Shown piece after piece: positions 41,072 through 61,003 of a DNA stretch of 64,000 nt (position 1 is its first letter; the number at the start of each line of letters is the position of its first letter). The stretch lies in the NCBI RefSeq assembly GCF_009914755.1, contig NC_060943.1; one strand, 5' to 3'. Below the pieces are notes generated by a model. It was not told where the DNA came from, did not search any database, and saw only the letters and a program-made list of their open reading frames with translations. Origin of the DNA: the human T2T-CHM13v2.0 reference genome, Homo sapiens. A program made the translations under genes and the position numbers.

Positions 41072-41367
41072 TCAGGAAAAAAAAAAAAAAAAAGGCTGGG
41101 TACGGTGGCTCATGTCTGTAATCCTAGCACTTTGGGAGGCCAAGGCAGGAGGACCACTTGAGCCCAGGTGTTTGAGACCAGCCTGGGCAACATAGCAAGA
41201 TGTATCTCTAAAAAAAAAAGTTCAAAAATTAGCTGGGTGTGCTGGCACCAACCTGTAGTGGGAGGCTGAAGTAGGAGGATCACCTGACCCCTGGGAGGTT
41301 GAGGCTTCAGTGAGCCATGATCACACCATGACATTCCAGCTTGGGCAACAGAGTGAGAACCTGTGCC

Positions 41368-41398
<31 letters not shown>

Positions 41399-41663
41399 TT
41401 GTGGTAAAATACACATTACATAAAATTTCCCTTTTCTTTGAGACAGGGTCACACTCCATTGTCCAGGCTGGAGTGCAGTGGCACAACCTTGGCTTGCTGC
41501 AACCTCTGCCACCCATGTTCAAGTGATTCTGGTGCCTCAGCTTCCCGAGTAGCTGGGACTACAGGCATGTACCACCACACCTGGCTAATTTTTGATTTTT
41601 TTTTTTTTTGGTAGTGATGGAGTATTTTTGGTAGAGACAGGTTCTTTTGGGTATTTTTGGTAG

Positions 41664-41894
<231 letters not shown>

Positions 41895-41955
41895 TAGCCT
41901 TATTTTATTTTTAACAGTAGCTCTCCTAATGGTGTGAGGTGGCTGCCACTTCTGA

Positions 41956-42189
<234 letters not shown>

Positions 42190-42423
42190 TAGGCTTCCTA
42201 AAGTTGTCACTTATGATTTTTTTTTTGAGACGGAGTCTCGCTCTGTCGCCAGGCTGGAGTGCAGTGGCGCGATCTTGGCTCACTGCAAGCTCAGCCTCCG
42301 CCTCTGCCTCAGCCTCCCAAATAGCTGGAACTACAGGCCCAAGCCACCACACCCAGCTAATTTTTGTATTTTTAGTAGAGATGGAGTTTCAGCATGTTGG
42401 CCAGAATAGTCTCGATCTCTTGA

Positions 42424-42696
<273 letters not shown>

Positions 42697-42792
42697 TAGC
42701 CAGGATGGTCTCGATCTCCTGACCTCGTGATCCGCCCGCCTCTGCCTCCCAAAGTTCTGGCATTACAGGCGTGAACCACTGCGCCCGGCTAG

Positions 42793-43030
<238 letters not shown>

Positions 43031-43118
43031 TGAGCCACCCGCCTTGGCTTCCCAAAGTGCTGGGATTACACACTTGAGCCACCGCGCGCCTGGCCGATTT
43101 TTTTTTTTTTTTTTTTGA

Positions 43119-43226
<108 letters not shown>

Positions 43227-43323
43227 TAGCTAGACTACAGGTGTGTGCCACCACATCTGGCTAATTTTTGTATTTTTTTTTTAGTAGAGGCGGGGTTTCA
43301 CCATATTGGCCAGGCTGGTCTCA

Positions 43324-43605
<282 letters not shown>

Positions 43606-44373
43606 TTAACCAGGTGTGGAGGTGCGCACCAGTAGCCCCAGCTACTCAGGAGGCTGAGGCGAGAGGATGGCTTGAGCTCTGGAGGTTGATGCTACAGTGA
43701 ACCATGATTGTGCTACTGCACTCCAGCCTGGGTGTGACCAAGTGAGACCTTGCCTCAAAAAGTAACTAACTACCTACCTAATTAAATGTTTACAAAGTCA
43801 CTAGAAGAATTTGTGTGCAGCCCCAGGGAAAAGTAATAGCTGGATAAGCCCAGAACAGCAAAATGCTTTTTCTGAGAGAAGCAGACCTGCTGAGGCCCAG
43901 ACTCACTCTTCTCAGACTGAGAGCACATCTGCAGGTGATGTTTGGGAAACCCCGGCTTGGCTTGCCTTGGGACACTTCCAGTAGCTCCAGTTCAGGGTTG
44001 GAAAACCTGTTCTGCCACTGTCTTGTGGATGCCACTCCCAGGTTTATATATTTATTTATTTTTTGATGGACTTTCACTCAGTCACCCAGGCAGGAGCGGA
44101 GTGGCATAATCTCAGTCACTGCAACCTCCGCCTCCCAGGCTGGAGAGATTCTCCTGTCTCAGCCTCCCGAGTAAAACTGGGACCACAGGTGCCCGCCGCC
44201 AAGACTTGCTAATTTCTGTGTTTTTAGTAGAGACAGGGTTTTCCCATGTTGGCCAGGCTGGTTTCAAACTCCTGGCCTCAAGTGATCTGCCCGCCTCAGC
44301 CTCCCAAAGTGCTAGGATTACAGGAATGAGCCACCACGCCCAGCGCAATCTTAGGTGGATTTTCTCCATTTTA

Positions 44374-44742
<369 letters not shown>

Positions 44743-47332
44743 TCAAATCAAAACAAAACAAAACAAAAAAATTTAATCAGATAGTATGTAACATTTTTGA
44801 GATTGGCTTCCCCTCCCCGGTTCCCGCCCAAAGCATAATTCCCTAGAGATTCATTCATCTCGCCTGGGTGCCGTGGTTCACGCCTGTAATCCCAGCACTT
44901 TGGGAGGCCGAGGCGGGCAGATCACGAGGTCAGGAGATTGAGACCATCCTGGCTAACACGGTGAAACCCCGTCTCTACTAAAAATACAAAAAATTAGCCA
45001 GGCGTGGTGGCAGGTGCCTGTAGTCCCAGCTACTCAGGAGGCTGAGGCAGGAGAATGGCGTGAACACAGGAGACAGAGCTTGCAGTGAGCCGAGATCCCG
45101 CTGCTGCACTCCAGCCTGGGCGACAGAGCAAGACTCCGTCTCAAATAAAAAAAAAAAAAAAGAGAGATTCATTCATCTCATCTGTTGTGCATCTCAATAG
45201 TTTATTCCTTTTTATTTATTTTTTTGAGACTGGGTCTTGCTCTGTGGCCCTGGCTGGAGTGCAGTGATGAAATCATGACTCACACAGCCTTGATCTCCTG
45301 GCCTCAAGTGATTCTCTCTCCTCAGCCTTCCGAGTAGCTGGGACTATAGGCATGTGCTGCCACGCCTCGCTTATTTTTAAAAGTTTTCTAGAGATACTGT
45401 CTCCCTATGTTGGCCAGGCTGGTCTAAAACTCTTGGGCTCAGGCGATCCTCCTACCTTGGCCTCCAAAAATGCTGGGAATACAGGCATGAGCCACCGCAC
45501 CCAGTTTGGTGATTACTCTTGGTGGAGACCCAAAGTGCCATCATTCAGAGCCAGAATCTTAGAAGAGCTTAATAAATTCAACTTAAGATAAAACAATATA
45601 GCTAAAATAAAACACCTACAAAATTTCTAACAAATGTGGGCAGTCAGGTTTCCATATGTAGTTGGTAGAAGTGGGATGCTTAGTATAAACATGATGTGAA
45701 ATGCTGGGGATTTCCTGAATTGTGTTAAAACCACAGCTACTGGATAAAATAAAGCTATTGCCCTGAGTTTCTGTCTTGGAAGAACTGTTTTCTGCATCGT
45801 ACATCTCACTGCTAGGTTTACGGAAATCACCTTTTTTTTTTTTTTTGAGACAGAGTCTCCCTCTGTCACAAGGCTGGAGTGCAGTGGGGCGATCTTGGCT
45901 CACTGCAACCTCACTTCTGCCTCCTGGGTTCAAGCGATTCTCCTGCCTCAGCCTCCCGAGTAGCTGGGATTACAGATGCCCGCCACCACGCCCAGCTAAT
46001 TTTTCTACTTTTAGTAGAGACAGGGTTTCACCATGGTGGCCAGGATGGTCTCGATCTCTTGACCTCGTGATCTGCCCGCCTCGGCCTCCCAAAGTGCTGG
46101 GATTACAGGCCTGAGCCCTGCCAATTCCTTTTTTTTTTGGAGATACAGTCTTGCTCTGTCGCCCTAGCTGGAGCGCAATGGTGCGATCTCAGCTCACTGC
46201 AACCTCTGCCTCTGGGGTTTAAGCGATTCTCCTGCTTCAGCGTTCTGAGAAGCTGGGATTACAGGCATGCGCCACCACGCCGGCCAATTTTTGTATTTTT
46301 TGTAGAGACAGGATTTCACCATGTTGGTCAAGCTGGCCTTGAACTCCTGACCGTGTGATCTGCCCGCCTTGGCCTCCCAAAGTGCTGAGATTACAAGTGT
46401 GAGCCACCGCGCCTGACCTCTTTCTTTTTTTTCTCTTTGAGACAGGGTCTCCTCTATCACCAGGCTAGAGAGCCTTCTGGGCTCAGGTGATTCTCCTGCC
46501 TCAGCCTCCGGAGTAGCTCTGATTACAGGTGCTCACCACCATGCCATGCTAATTTTTGTATTTTTAGTAGAGATGGGGTCTCGCCATGTTGCCCAGGCTG
46601 GTCTTGAACTCCTGGGCTCAAGCAATCTGCCCGTCTCAGACTCCCAAAATACCAGGATTACAGGTGTGAGCCACTGTGCCCAGGCACAAGAGGTCATTTT
46701 TGATGAATAAATGCACATTTTGTTAACTAATGAGTGATTTCATATTCCAAGGAAGATCTGGAGATATTACTGAAAAGGTGTTTAACTTGCAGTGGCAACT
46801 GAAGTCAATGTATTTTACATTTTCATGTTCTGGACTTGGGTGAGTTGTTATTTCAAGCCCTCATCTTTGAGTAAAAGAGAAGAATCCACCTGTAATCCCA
46901 GCCACTCAGGAGGCTGAGGTAGGAGAATCTCTTGAACCTGGGAGGTGGGAGGTGGAGGTTGCAGTGAGCCAAGATTGAGCCACTGCACTCCAGCCTGGGT
47001 GACAGGGCAAGACTCCGTCTCAAAAAACAAAAAAAAAAAAAAAAAAGAAGAAGGCCGGGCGCAGTGGCTCATGTCTGTAATCCCAGCACTTTGGGAGGCC
47101 AAGGTGGGCAGATAACGAGGTCAGGAGATCGAGACCATCCTGGCTAACACGGTGAAACCCCGTCTCTACTAAAAATACAAAAAATTAGCCTGGCGTGGTG
47201 GCGGGCACCTGTAGTCCCAGCTACTCAGGAGGCTGAGGCAGGAGAATGGCGTGAACCTGGGAGGCGGAGCTTGCAGTTAGCGGAAATTGCGCCAAAAAAA
47301 AAAAAAAAAAAATCCATTCTCCTCTGGGATGA

Positions 47333-47828
<496 letters not shown>

Positions 47829-48207
47829 TGATCTGCCCGCCTCGGCCTCCCAAAGTGCTGGGATTACAGGTGTGAGCCACTGCGCCCAGCTGAGACGGGG
47901 TTTCACCATATTGACCAGGTCTCGAACTCCATATTGACCTTGCGATCCCAGAGAAAGTGCTGGGATTACAGGCGTGAGCCACCGTGCCTGGTTGAGACAG
48001 GGTTTCACCATATTGACCTGGTCTCGAGCTCCTGACCTTGTGATTTGCCTGCCTCGGCCTCCTAAAGTGCTGGAATTACAGGCGTGAGCCACTGCGCCCA
48101 GCCTGTAGATGTTTTTTTTTTAAAGTCTGGAAGCCAAGGGTGTCAATGCAGACATGGGGCCAAGGTCCCAGGGGCAGTTCATTATTAAGAACTGTGCTCT
48201 TAATTGA

Positions 48208-48568
<361 letters not shown>

Positions 48569-48795
48569 TAGTCCTGAACTCCTGACCTCAGGTGATCCGC
48601 CTGCCTCGGCCTCCCAAGTGCTGGGATTACAGGCGTGAGGCACCGCGCCTGGCCCGGCCTGTTTTTCTTTACACTATTGCATATTAGTGTGATTAGCATA
48701 AAAGACAATTAGAGAACAGTCATACCATCCACTCCATGGGCAGCAACCCTGCCTCCTCCATGCATTGCTGCAGGGTATTCCTAGCTCAATGCTTA

Positions 48796-48939
<144 letters not shown>

Positions 48940-50455
48940 CTACAAAAAATTTTAAGAAAATTAGCTGAGTGTGGTGTCCCACCCTTGTAGTCCAAGCTAC
49001 TCGGGAGGCTGAGGCAGGAGGATCGCTTGAGCCCAGGAGGTCGAGGCTACAGTGAGTACTGATCGTGCCACCGCAGTCCAGGCTGGATGACCCAGCAAGC
49101 CTGTGTCTCAAAAACAAAAACAAAAAAACAAAAAAATAACTACTTGAATGAATGAGGAATCGAGTTCAGATCCCACTTCTACTTGCTCACTTACTGTGCA
49201 CTATTCAATAACACTAGCTGAGGATCAGAGAGCTAGCAGGTGGGCTACCTGCTGTCATGATTCCTCATAACCAAACAGTGGAAGTGGGAGCCATTATTGT
49301 TTCTGGTGGGTTTTTTTTGTTTTGTCTTGTTTTGTTTTTGAGACGGAATCTCCCTCTGTCACCAGGCTGGAGTATAGTGGCACGCTCGACTCACTGCAAC
49401 CTCCGCCTCCTGGGTTCATGCAATTCTGCCTCAGCCTCCTGAGTAGCTGGCACTACAGGCACGCGCCACCACAGCCAGCTAATTTTTGTATTTTTAGTAG
49501 AGATGGTGTTTCACCACATTGGCCAGGATGGTCTCAATCTCTTGACCTCATGATCCACCTGCCTTGGCCTCCCAAAGTGTTGGGATTACAGACGTGAGCC
49601 ACTGGGCCCAGCATTTTTTTTTTTTTTTTTTTTTTTTGAGATGGAGTTTTACTCTCGTCACCCAGGCTGGAGCGCAATGACATGATCTTGGCTCACTGTA
49701 ACCTCCACCTCCTGGGTTCAAGAAATTCTCCTGCCTCAGCCTGCCGAGTAGCTGTGATTACAGGCACCTGCCACTATGCCTGGCTAATTAATTTTTTTGT
49801 ATTTTTAGTAGAAACGGGGTTTCACCATGTTGGCCAGGCTGGTCTCGAACTCCTTACCTCAGGTCATCTGCCCACCTTGGCTTCCGAAAGTGCTGGGATT
49901 ACAGATGTCAGCCACCGCACCCAGCCTTATTGTTTGTTTCACAGGTGAAGAAAGTGAGGTGTAGATGCTCTGGTAAACCTGCCTGGTATTACCCATGCAT
50001 CACCCAGGTAGTAGAAATGGAGTCGTGTTTTAAACCCAGGTCCTTCTGGGGCCTGGCTTGGTGGCTCATGCCTGTAATCCCAGTGCACTGGGAGGCTGAG
50101 CCAGGAGGACTGCTTGAGCCCAGTAGTTTGAGACCAGCTTGGGTAACACAGCAGACCTCAGCTCTACAGAACATAACAGACAAAAAAAAAAAAAAAAAAA
50201 AAAAGCTGGTGGTGGTGGCATGTACCTGTAGTCACAGCTATTTGGGAGGCTGAGGTGGATCCCTTGAGTCCAGGAGTTTGAGGCTGCACTGAGCTGTGGT
50301 TACACCATTGCACTCCAGCCTGGGTTACAGAGCAAGACCCTGTCTCTAATAAAACAAACAATTAAACAAAAACCCACCCAGGTGAGGTGGCTCACGCCTG
50401 TAATCCCAACACTTTGGGAGGCTGAGGTGGGCGGATCACTTGAGGTCAGGAGTTA

Positions 50456-50873
<418 letters not shown>

Positions 50874-50886
50874 TTATTTTTTTTGA

Positions 50887-51072
<186 letters not shown>

Positions 51073-51419
51073 TAGCCAGGATAGTCTCATCTCCTGACCT
51101 CATGATCCACCAGCCTAGGCCTCCCTAAGTGCTGGGATTACAGGCATGAGCTACCGCGCCCGGCTAATTTTTGTATTTTTAATAGAGACGGGTTTCACCA
51201 TGGTGGTCAGGCTCGTTTCTAACTCCCGACCTCAGGTGATCCGGCCGCCTCGGCCTCCCAAAGTGCTGGATTACAGGCGTGAGCCACCAAGTCCGGCCTC
51301 TCATACTGCACTATTTTGCTTATTAATCTTGCTTCTTGTCCTCCTTCCCCACTAGACCGAGGGCTCCACGGCGGCTGGGACACAGTAGCAGATCAATAAA
51401 TATTTGCTAAGCTAATTAA

Positions 51420-52700
51420 TGGCACTTGGGAAGTTTTGCAGAGAAGGCGGCCACGGTCGGGCCCCGCCTTGCCTCCCCAAATAGGCCTCGCCGCCCCAGG
51501 TCAGGGATCAAAGCGGTTCCCAGGCGCGCCCTTGGCCCGCGGGAAACCACTGCCCGGTCTTGGTCCAGGCGGCCCGTCCTACGGTCCAGGGTTCCTATTT
51601 CCGAGCCTCAGGGACCTCCTTTCCCCACGGACCCCACGGCCACCGGGATCCCATTCTCCAGTTGCCCCATCGTCACCGCGGCCGCCGCCACCGCCGCCGC
51701 AGTGGCGTCCGCTCTGCGCATGCTCCGGGGCGTCAAGACGCGAGGCGTGCAGAAGGCGAAGCGTGCGCAGGCGCGGGGCCATCGCGGCCCGAGTGGGGCG
51801 GTGCATCGGACGCGCGTGCTTCCTCCGGGCCACGCCCACCCCCGTCCGCCCAGGGACGGGCGCGCACGCGCGCCGGGAGCGGAAGGGCGGGCTGGCGCGC
51901 GCACGAGGCCGGGCAGGCGGCGGAAGCTGGAGAGGCCGCCGCGGTGCTGAGGGGGAGGGGAGCCGGCGAGCGCGCGCGCAGCGGGGGCGCGGGTGGCGCG
52001 CGTGTGTGTGAAGGGGGGGCGGTGGCCGAGGCGGGCGGGCGCGCGCGCGAGGCTTCCCCTCGTTTGGCGGCGGCGGCGGCTTCTTTGTTTCGTGAAGAGA
52101 AGCGAGACGCCCATTCTGCCCCCGGCCCCGCGCGGAGGGGCGGGGGAGGCGCCGGGAAGTCGACGGCGCCGGCGGCTCCTGGTAAGGAACGCGGGCCGCG
52201 GGGGCAGCGCGGCGCGGGGCCGGGGAGGGCGGTTTGAATGGAGCCGGGGCGCCGAGGGGGGAGGGGGCTGCCGGCGCGCCCTGTGCGGGGCCGGGGTACG
52301 GCGGCGCCCGAGGGTCAAGAAGCCCAGCCGGCAGCCGCGCGCGTGGGGAAGGCCACAGTGTCGCGAGGCCGTGGCAGCGGCGGCCCCCGCGGAGCGGCGG
52401 GGTGGGTGGGGGGCCCGGGCCGCGTGGAGGCCGCGCGATCCTCTCCGCGCGCGCTCTCGCCGGGGTCGCCGGACAAAGCTCGCCCCCCTCGCCCGGCACC
52501 CCTACAGTCGCCCTCCCAATTACAGCGGCTGCAACAATAGGCAGGCGTTGGGGCTTTTCTGGCTGCGTGGTAACGGGTCCGACCCGAATGTTGCGTTTTT
52601 GGCGAAGCTGCGATCGGGGCTCAGCCAAACCTCCAGATATGTCCGGCGTCGGCCGGACACGGGCATTAGCGGTCCCCTTGGGCTAGCCGACCTCAAATTG
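51420..52700. promoter_or_regulatory. SMARCA4: SMARCA4 promoter CpG island
   Basis: Extreme CpG density; GC boxes; NRF1-like TGCGCATGC near 51715; GCGGAAG ETS sites; G-runs. Confidence 0.9.
51929..52181 (+). other. SMARCA4: SMARCA4 (BRG1) non-coding exon 1 (5' end approximate); intron 1 runs past the window end
   Basis: Recognised 5'UTR GGCGGGGGAGGCGCCGGGAAGTCGACGGCGCCGGCGGCTCCTG followed by strong donor CTG|gtaagg; synteny with TIMM29. Confidence 0.85.
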
Positions 52701-54184
52701 TCTTAAAAACGTGTCATTCCAGATTTTCAAGGAAAGGTAAAGGACTCCCCCGATGCCTTGCAGTTAGTGACTTCAAAATGTTTGCCCGAATTGGGGTTGG
52801 GGATGGGGTCGGCGGCAAGTAGGGGAGCACGGAGGAAATCCTTTGCTGTGTAAAAGCATTGCTTTTCTTTTGCATCCTTTTTTCTCCTTCCCAATTGGTT
52901 TTTCAGATTAAGGCTTTTATTTTCAACGTGGACCTTTTGGGCGAGTGTTTTGTCCCGATCTTGAAGATACCAGTCTTGATTTTTTTTTTTTTTTTTTTTG
53001 GTCAGTGACTCCTTGGGGAAAGTAGCAAGGGAATAAGCGGAAAAGCCGCTTCGCAGGAATTTGAAGCAAGTTTTCAGTTTGGATTGATAGGCTGCATTCA
53101 AGCTTGATTCCTGGTGCTGTCAGTCACTTAGCACACTGTCACTTTAGGGAAGTGGCTTAACCTCTCTGAACCTCTTAGTTTTCCTCCTTTGTGAAAGCTC
53201 CTTTGTGAAAGGGGGTAATCTCCCAAATGGAATTGGTGAAAGCCTGTAAAATGGTTCCTCGCAAGCGGGAAGCACTATTGTAATTGTCTGGTCCAATCTC
53301 CCTCATTGTTCAGCAGATAACTTCTTGAGGCCCTACTAAGTGTTGGATGGTCGGGGGTTGGATCCTGGAGCCTCTGCAGTCTTGGAGGGGAGCGGGTGGT
53401 AAATGTGGGAACAAACTCTCTTGGCCTATCGTTTATTGCTCTGAACCTGCACTGTGAGAGGGACACAGCGGACAGGCAGGGGATCGGTGGTAGCCAGAGA
53501 TCACGGGGGCTGCTTGGAAGAGGGGGCCTCAAAATCAGGGAGGGTGTGTAGGATTGTATTTTGTTTTTGAGGCAGAGTCTTGCCTGTCGCCCAGGCTGGA
53601 GTTCAGAGTCCCAATCTCCGCTCACTGTAACCTCCGCCTCCTGGGTTCAAGCGATTCTCCTGCCTCAGCCTCCTGAGTAGCTGGGACTACAGGCGCCCGC
53701 CACCACGCCTGGCTAATTTTTGTATTTTTAGTAGATATGGGGTTTTACCATGTTGGCCAGGCTGGTCTCAAACTCCTGACTTAAGGTGATCCACCCACCT
53801 CGGCCTCCCAAAGTGCTAGGACTACATGTGTGAGCCACTGCGCCAGGATTGTATTTTGACTTTCCCTGGCCACCTCGGACTAGCCATTGTTCCCCTCAGC
53901 TACATTCATACATCAACTTGGTCCTTTCCGGTGTAGCTGTCACCCCCAGCACCGTGAGAGCTGGGGTTGTGTCTGCCTGGCTGGCCCCACAGTACCCTGG
54001 GCCTGACACATAGTAGGTCTTTAGCGAACTTATGTGGATTGAATGAGGGGGTCCTGTGGAAGATCGCGTGACCATCTGTGTAAAAGGCTTGGTGCAGGGC
54101 CAGGTGCAGTGGCTCATACCTGAAATCCCAGCACTTGGGGAGGCTGAGGCGGGAAAATTGCTTGAACCCGGGAGTTTGAGACTA

Positions 54185-54448
<264 letters not shown>

Positions 54449-55336
54449 TTAGTTGTTTGAACAGTTTTTGCACTTTCCAAGCCATTGTTTCCTGAACCTC
54501 AGTTGTCCTCATCTCCCCTACAAAGTGTGGGGTGGTGGTTAGCGTGGGGTGGTGGTAAGGAGTACTCATTCTGGAATCAGACCTCCTGAATTCACACCCA
54601 GCTCTCTAAATCGTAGCTTAACCTCAAGCGAGGCGCTTAGCAGTAGGGCCCCCCACTTGTGAAACAGGTAGGACGAGGATGCCCGAAACTTCACAGGCTT
54701 CTTGTGAGGGTTGAATGAGGTCACATGGGAAGCCGCTAACACACTGCTGCACCTGATGCGTAGTGAACACTTGATTTTTTTTTTTTTTTTGAGACGGAGT
54801 CTCGCTCTGTCATCCGGGCTGGAGTGCAATGCCCCTGTAGTCCCAAGCTCCTTGAGAGGCTGGGGCAGGAGGTACAGGCTGCAGTGGACCATGATTGAGC
54901 CACTGCACTCCAGCCTGGGTGACGAAGCGAGACCCTGTCTAAAAAAAGGAATAAAAATTAATTCATGCATAGTTAGGAAAGTAATAAATGGTTTTGCATG
55001 GGCCACCTAAAATCATTTTGTGTCCAGCCCTTTAGGAGACGTAAATGTTGATCGTGCAGGCTTTTGAGCAGGGGAGGTGATGTCATCAGAATTGTGATAT
55101 AGGGCAGTGCAGTGGTCTCTAAACTTCTTGTCAGTGAGGAGCATTCCAACATATGTGTATTTATTTACAATTTATTTGTGTACCTTTGCTTCTCCTTGGG
55201 AACCCTCAAAACACCAGGAGATAACCTTAGACCATTCCATGTTTTGGCTGTTTGTGGGAGGTGGGAGCATGGGAGGGACTAGGGTTTTGGGCAGATGTCT
55301 GGTGGAACTTTCTTTCTTTCTTTCTTTTTTTTTTGA

Positions 55337-55441
<105 letters not shown>

Positions 55442-55444
55442 TGA

Positions 55445-55802
<358 letters not shown>

Positions 55803-56539
55803 TAGTAGAGACCGGGTTTCACCATGTTGGCCAGAACTCCTGGTCTCGAACTCCTGGCCTCCTGTAATCTGCCCACCTCGGCCTCCCAAAGTGTTGGGAT
55901 TATAGGCGTGAGCCACCGTGCCCAGCCAGTCTGGTGGAACTTTCTATCAGTAAGGAAACTGAGGCCTAGGGTTATTTTCTTTCCACAAGGGTTGTCAAGT
56001 CAACCACCTGGGTTTGACTCCTGGTTTTGTCTTTCCATCCCTCGGTCATCAAGGCTGCCATGGCACAGAAGGACCCATTCATGGTGCCTGTAGACAGAAC
56101 ACAATGTGAATAGTGCCCCCTGGAGTTGTGCAAGAAATGACCCAGCCACTCTTCCCCATTTATGTGGCGAACAAGCATGCATTGAGCGCCTGCCATGTGC
56201 CAGGCACTGCTGGGGAGCTGGGGATTCCATGGGGAACAGGCAGACAAGGGTCCTGTTCTTAGTAGCTCACACCCCACTCTTGACTTGCAAAGGGGGACAG
56301 TACTAGTACCCAGCTTGTAGGATTGCTGCAAGAGCTGAACAACCAGTGACAAATGCGAAGTGCTTAGAATGGTGCCTGGCACATAGTGCTAAACAGTTGT
56401 TAGTGCTCATCATTTATTAGGATTCCTGCAACAGCCTGGTGGGATGACACAGATAATATACTTTTTCCTCTAGTCATAAGTTCTGTATGTTTCAAAGTGG
56501 TAGCAAAGGAGTCAGCTCCTCCATTTTGTCCTTAATGGC

Positions 56540-56910
56540 TGCACATTGTTTAACAGCAGGGATGCATTCTGAGGAATGCGTTGTGAGATGATTTTGTGGT
56601 TGCGTGAAGATGATAGAGTGTGCTTACACACGTCTAGATGGTGGAGCCTAGTCCACATGTAGGCTCTGTGGTATAGCCTATTGTTCCCAGGCTATACACC
56701 TGTACAGCATGTCACTGTACCGATTATTGTAGGCAGTTGTGACCCGATAGTATTTGTGTATCTAAATATATCTAAACAGAAAACGTATGGGAAAAATACA
56801 GTATTATGATCTTTAAAAAATTTTTCTAATTAGACAATTCAAGGAGGAAGGTATAATCTTATGGGACTATTGTATATTTGGTCCATCATTGACCAAAATG
56901 TTATGTGGTG
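56540..56910 (+). mobile_element. Tigger3a/MER7-like TcMar DNA transposon
   Basis: gggatgcattctgaggaatgcg...ggtatagcctattgttcccaggcta...cctgtacagcatgtcactgtac...ttgaccaaaatgtta. Confidence 0.78.
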
Positions 56911-56928
56911 AAGAAAACCATGCTTTGA

Positions 56929-57297
<369 letters not shown>

Positions 57298-57728
57298 TAA
57301 AAATATCAAATGTTCAGCCGAGTGTGGTGGCTCATGCCTGTAATTCCCACACTTTGGGAGGCCCAGCAGGGCAAATCACTTGATCCCAGGAATCCAAGAC
57401 CAGCCTGGGCAGCATGGCGAAACCCCGTCTCTACAGAAAAGTTAAAAAATTAGCCAAGCATGGTGTTGCACACCTGTAGTCCCAGCTACTTGGGAGGTTG
57501 ACGTGGGAGGATCAAGCCGAGGAGGTGGAGGCTGCAGTAAGCTGTGATCGCACCACTGCACTCCAACCTGGGTGACACAACAAGACCCTATCTTAAAAAA
57601 GCCGGGGGTTGGGCTGGGCGCGGTGGCTCATGCCTGTATTCCTAGCACTTTGGGAGCCGAGGCGGGCGGATCGCCTGAGCTCAGGAGTTCAAGACCAGCC
57701 TGGGCAACATTGTGAAACCCCGTCTCTA

Positions 57729-57893
<165 letters not shown>

Positions 57894-58260
57894 CTACAAA
57901 AGAAAAAAAAAAAGCCGGGGGTTGGGAAGGATAACAGCTGCTGGAATACTGGGGGAAGGTATGAGAGGGAACAGGTCAGAATGAAGCCTGAGGCTGAATG
58001 GAGCTTCAGGTGCTGCCACCCTCATAGGTGTCAACCCTAAGGAGACATAGCGGACTCATTAGTATGCCCAGTGATTTCTTGATTGAAGTTTTCTGTTAAC
58101 TGCATCCTAAGGACATTAATCATTAATTTTTCAGGGTGTGGGATTGATGGGCATGTGATTTGTGGCCTCAACTCTTCTTCATATATGGGAAAGGGCCTGG
58201 ATGGAAGTGCCAGGTGTAGCTGGGTTTGTTGTTACAGGGCAGAGAGAAGGGACACATTGA

Positions 58261-58497
<237 letters not shown>

Positions 58498-58646
58498 TAG
58501 TAGAGACGGGGTTTCACCATGTTAGCCAGGATGGTCTTGATCTCCTGACCTCGTTATCCGTCTGCCTCAGCCTCCCAAACTGCTGGGATTACAGGCGTGA
58601 GCCACTGCGCCCGACTGGAAGGGGGCTTTCTTTAGAAAATAGGTAA

Positions 58647-59094
<448 letters not shown>

Positions 59095-59915
59095 TGATCC
59101 GCCCGCCTCAGCCTCCCAAAGTGCTGGGATTACAGGCGTGAGCCACTGCGCCCGGCCAGTAATTTTGTATTTTTAGTAGAGACGGGGTTTCTCCGTGTTG
59201 GTCAGGCTGGTCTCAAACTTCTGACCTCAGGTGATCCGCCTGCCTTGGCCTTCCAAACTGCTGAGATTACAGGCATGAGCCACCACTCCTGGCCTCAAAT
59301 GTTTTTTTAAGTCCCAGACTGGTTTCCAGAGCTTTGCTTTTGGGGACTCTGTTACCTCCCTAAAGGGGCATAGCTTCATTTATGTATGTGGACACTTGTC
59401 ACTGTGAACCGTTTTGCTCTGTGTGCAGCCAGCTGTGAGTGTGATAGAGTAGCACGGGCCCCGTTTTTAATAGTGATCGACTTTAAAATGGTTCTTTGAG
59501 GAGGTGTTTTTTTTTTCTTTCCACTTTTTATTTTTTTAGAGACGGAGACTCGCTGTGTTACTTAGGCTGGTCTTTAACTCCTGGACTCAAGTGATCCTCC
59601 AGCCTCCACTTCCTGACTAGCTGTGATTACAGGCGTGATCCACTGTGCTAGCTCTTGGGAGTTTTTTAAGTTTTCTCTTTGCCACTGGCAAGTCACGCCC
59701 CAGTGGCTCAGGAAGCAGGTGGCTGATGTGACAGTTGCTGCTCACCTGTTCCAGTGGGAGACTTGAGGGGGAGGGTCTGCTGTGTGCGACCCATCTTGCT
59801 CCGAAAGTCCCAGTAAAGGGGCATAGTGGATGTCTCATTGTGCCCAGGGAGCTGAAACTGCCCCTGTGATGATCAAATGTGATTCTGGCACAGCCTGGAC
59901 TGGCTGGGCACCTGA

Positions 59916-60845
<930 letters not shown>

Positions 60846-61003
60846 TAAAGTCATTATCAGACCGTGCCACTCCCGTGCCTGGAACATTCTAGCAGCTCCC
60901 CACTGCACTGGATGCTCCTGGAACCCCTTTACTGTGGCCCTCAAGGCCTGTGACTTCTCCCCTATGCCCCACCTGTGGCCGCACCCACTTGCCCTCTGAG
61001 GTA

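Noticed and set aside
51426-52706. Long overlapping ORFs (up to 349 aa) in the SMARCA4 island
   Set aside because: Low-complexity R/G/P/A translations caused by stop-codon scarcity in a CpG island
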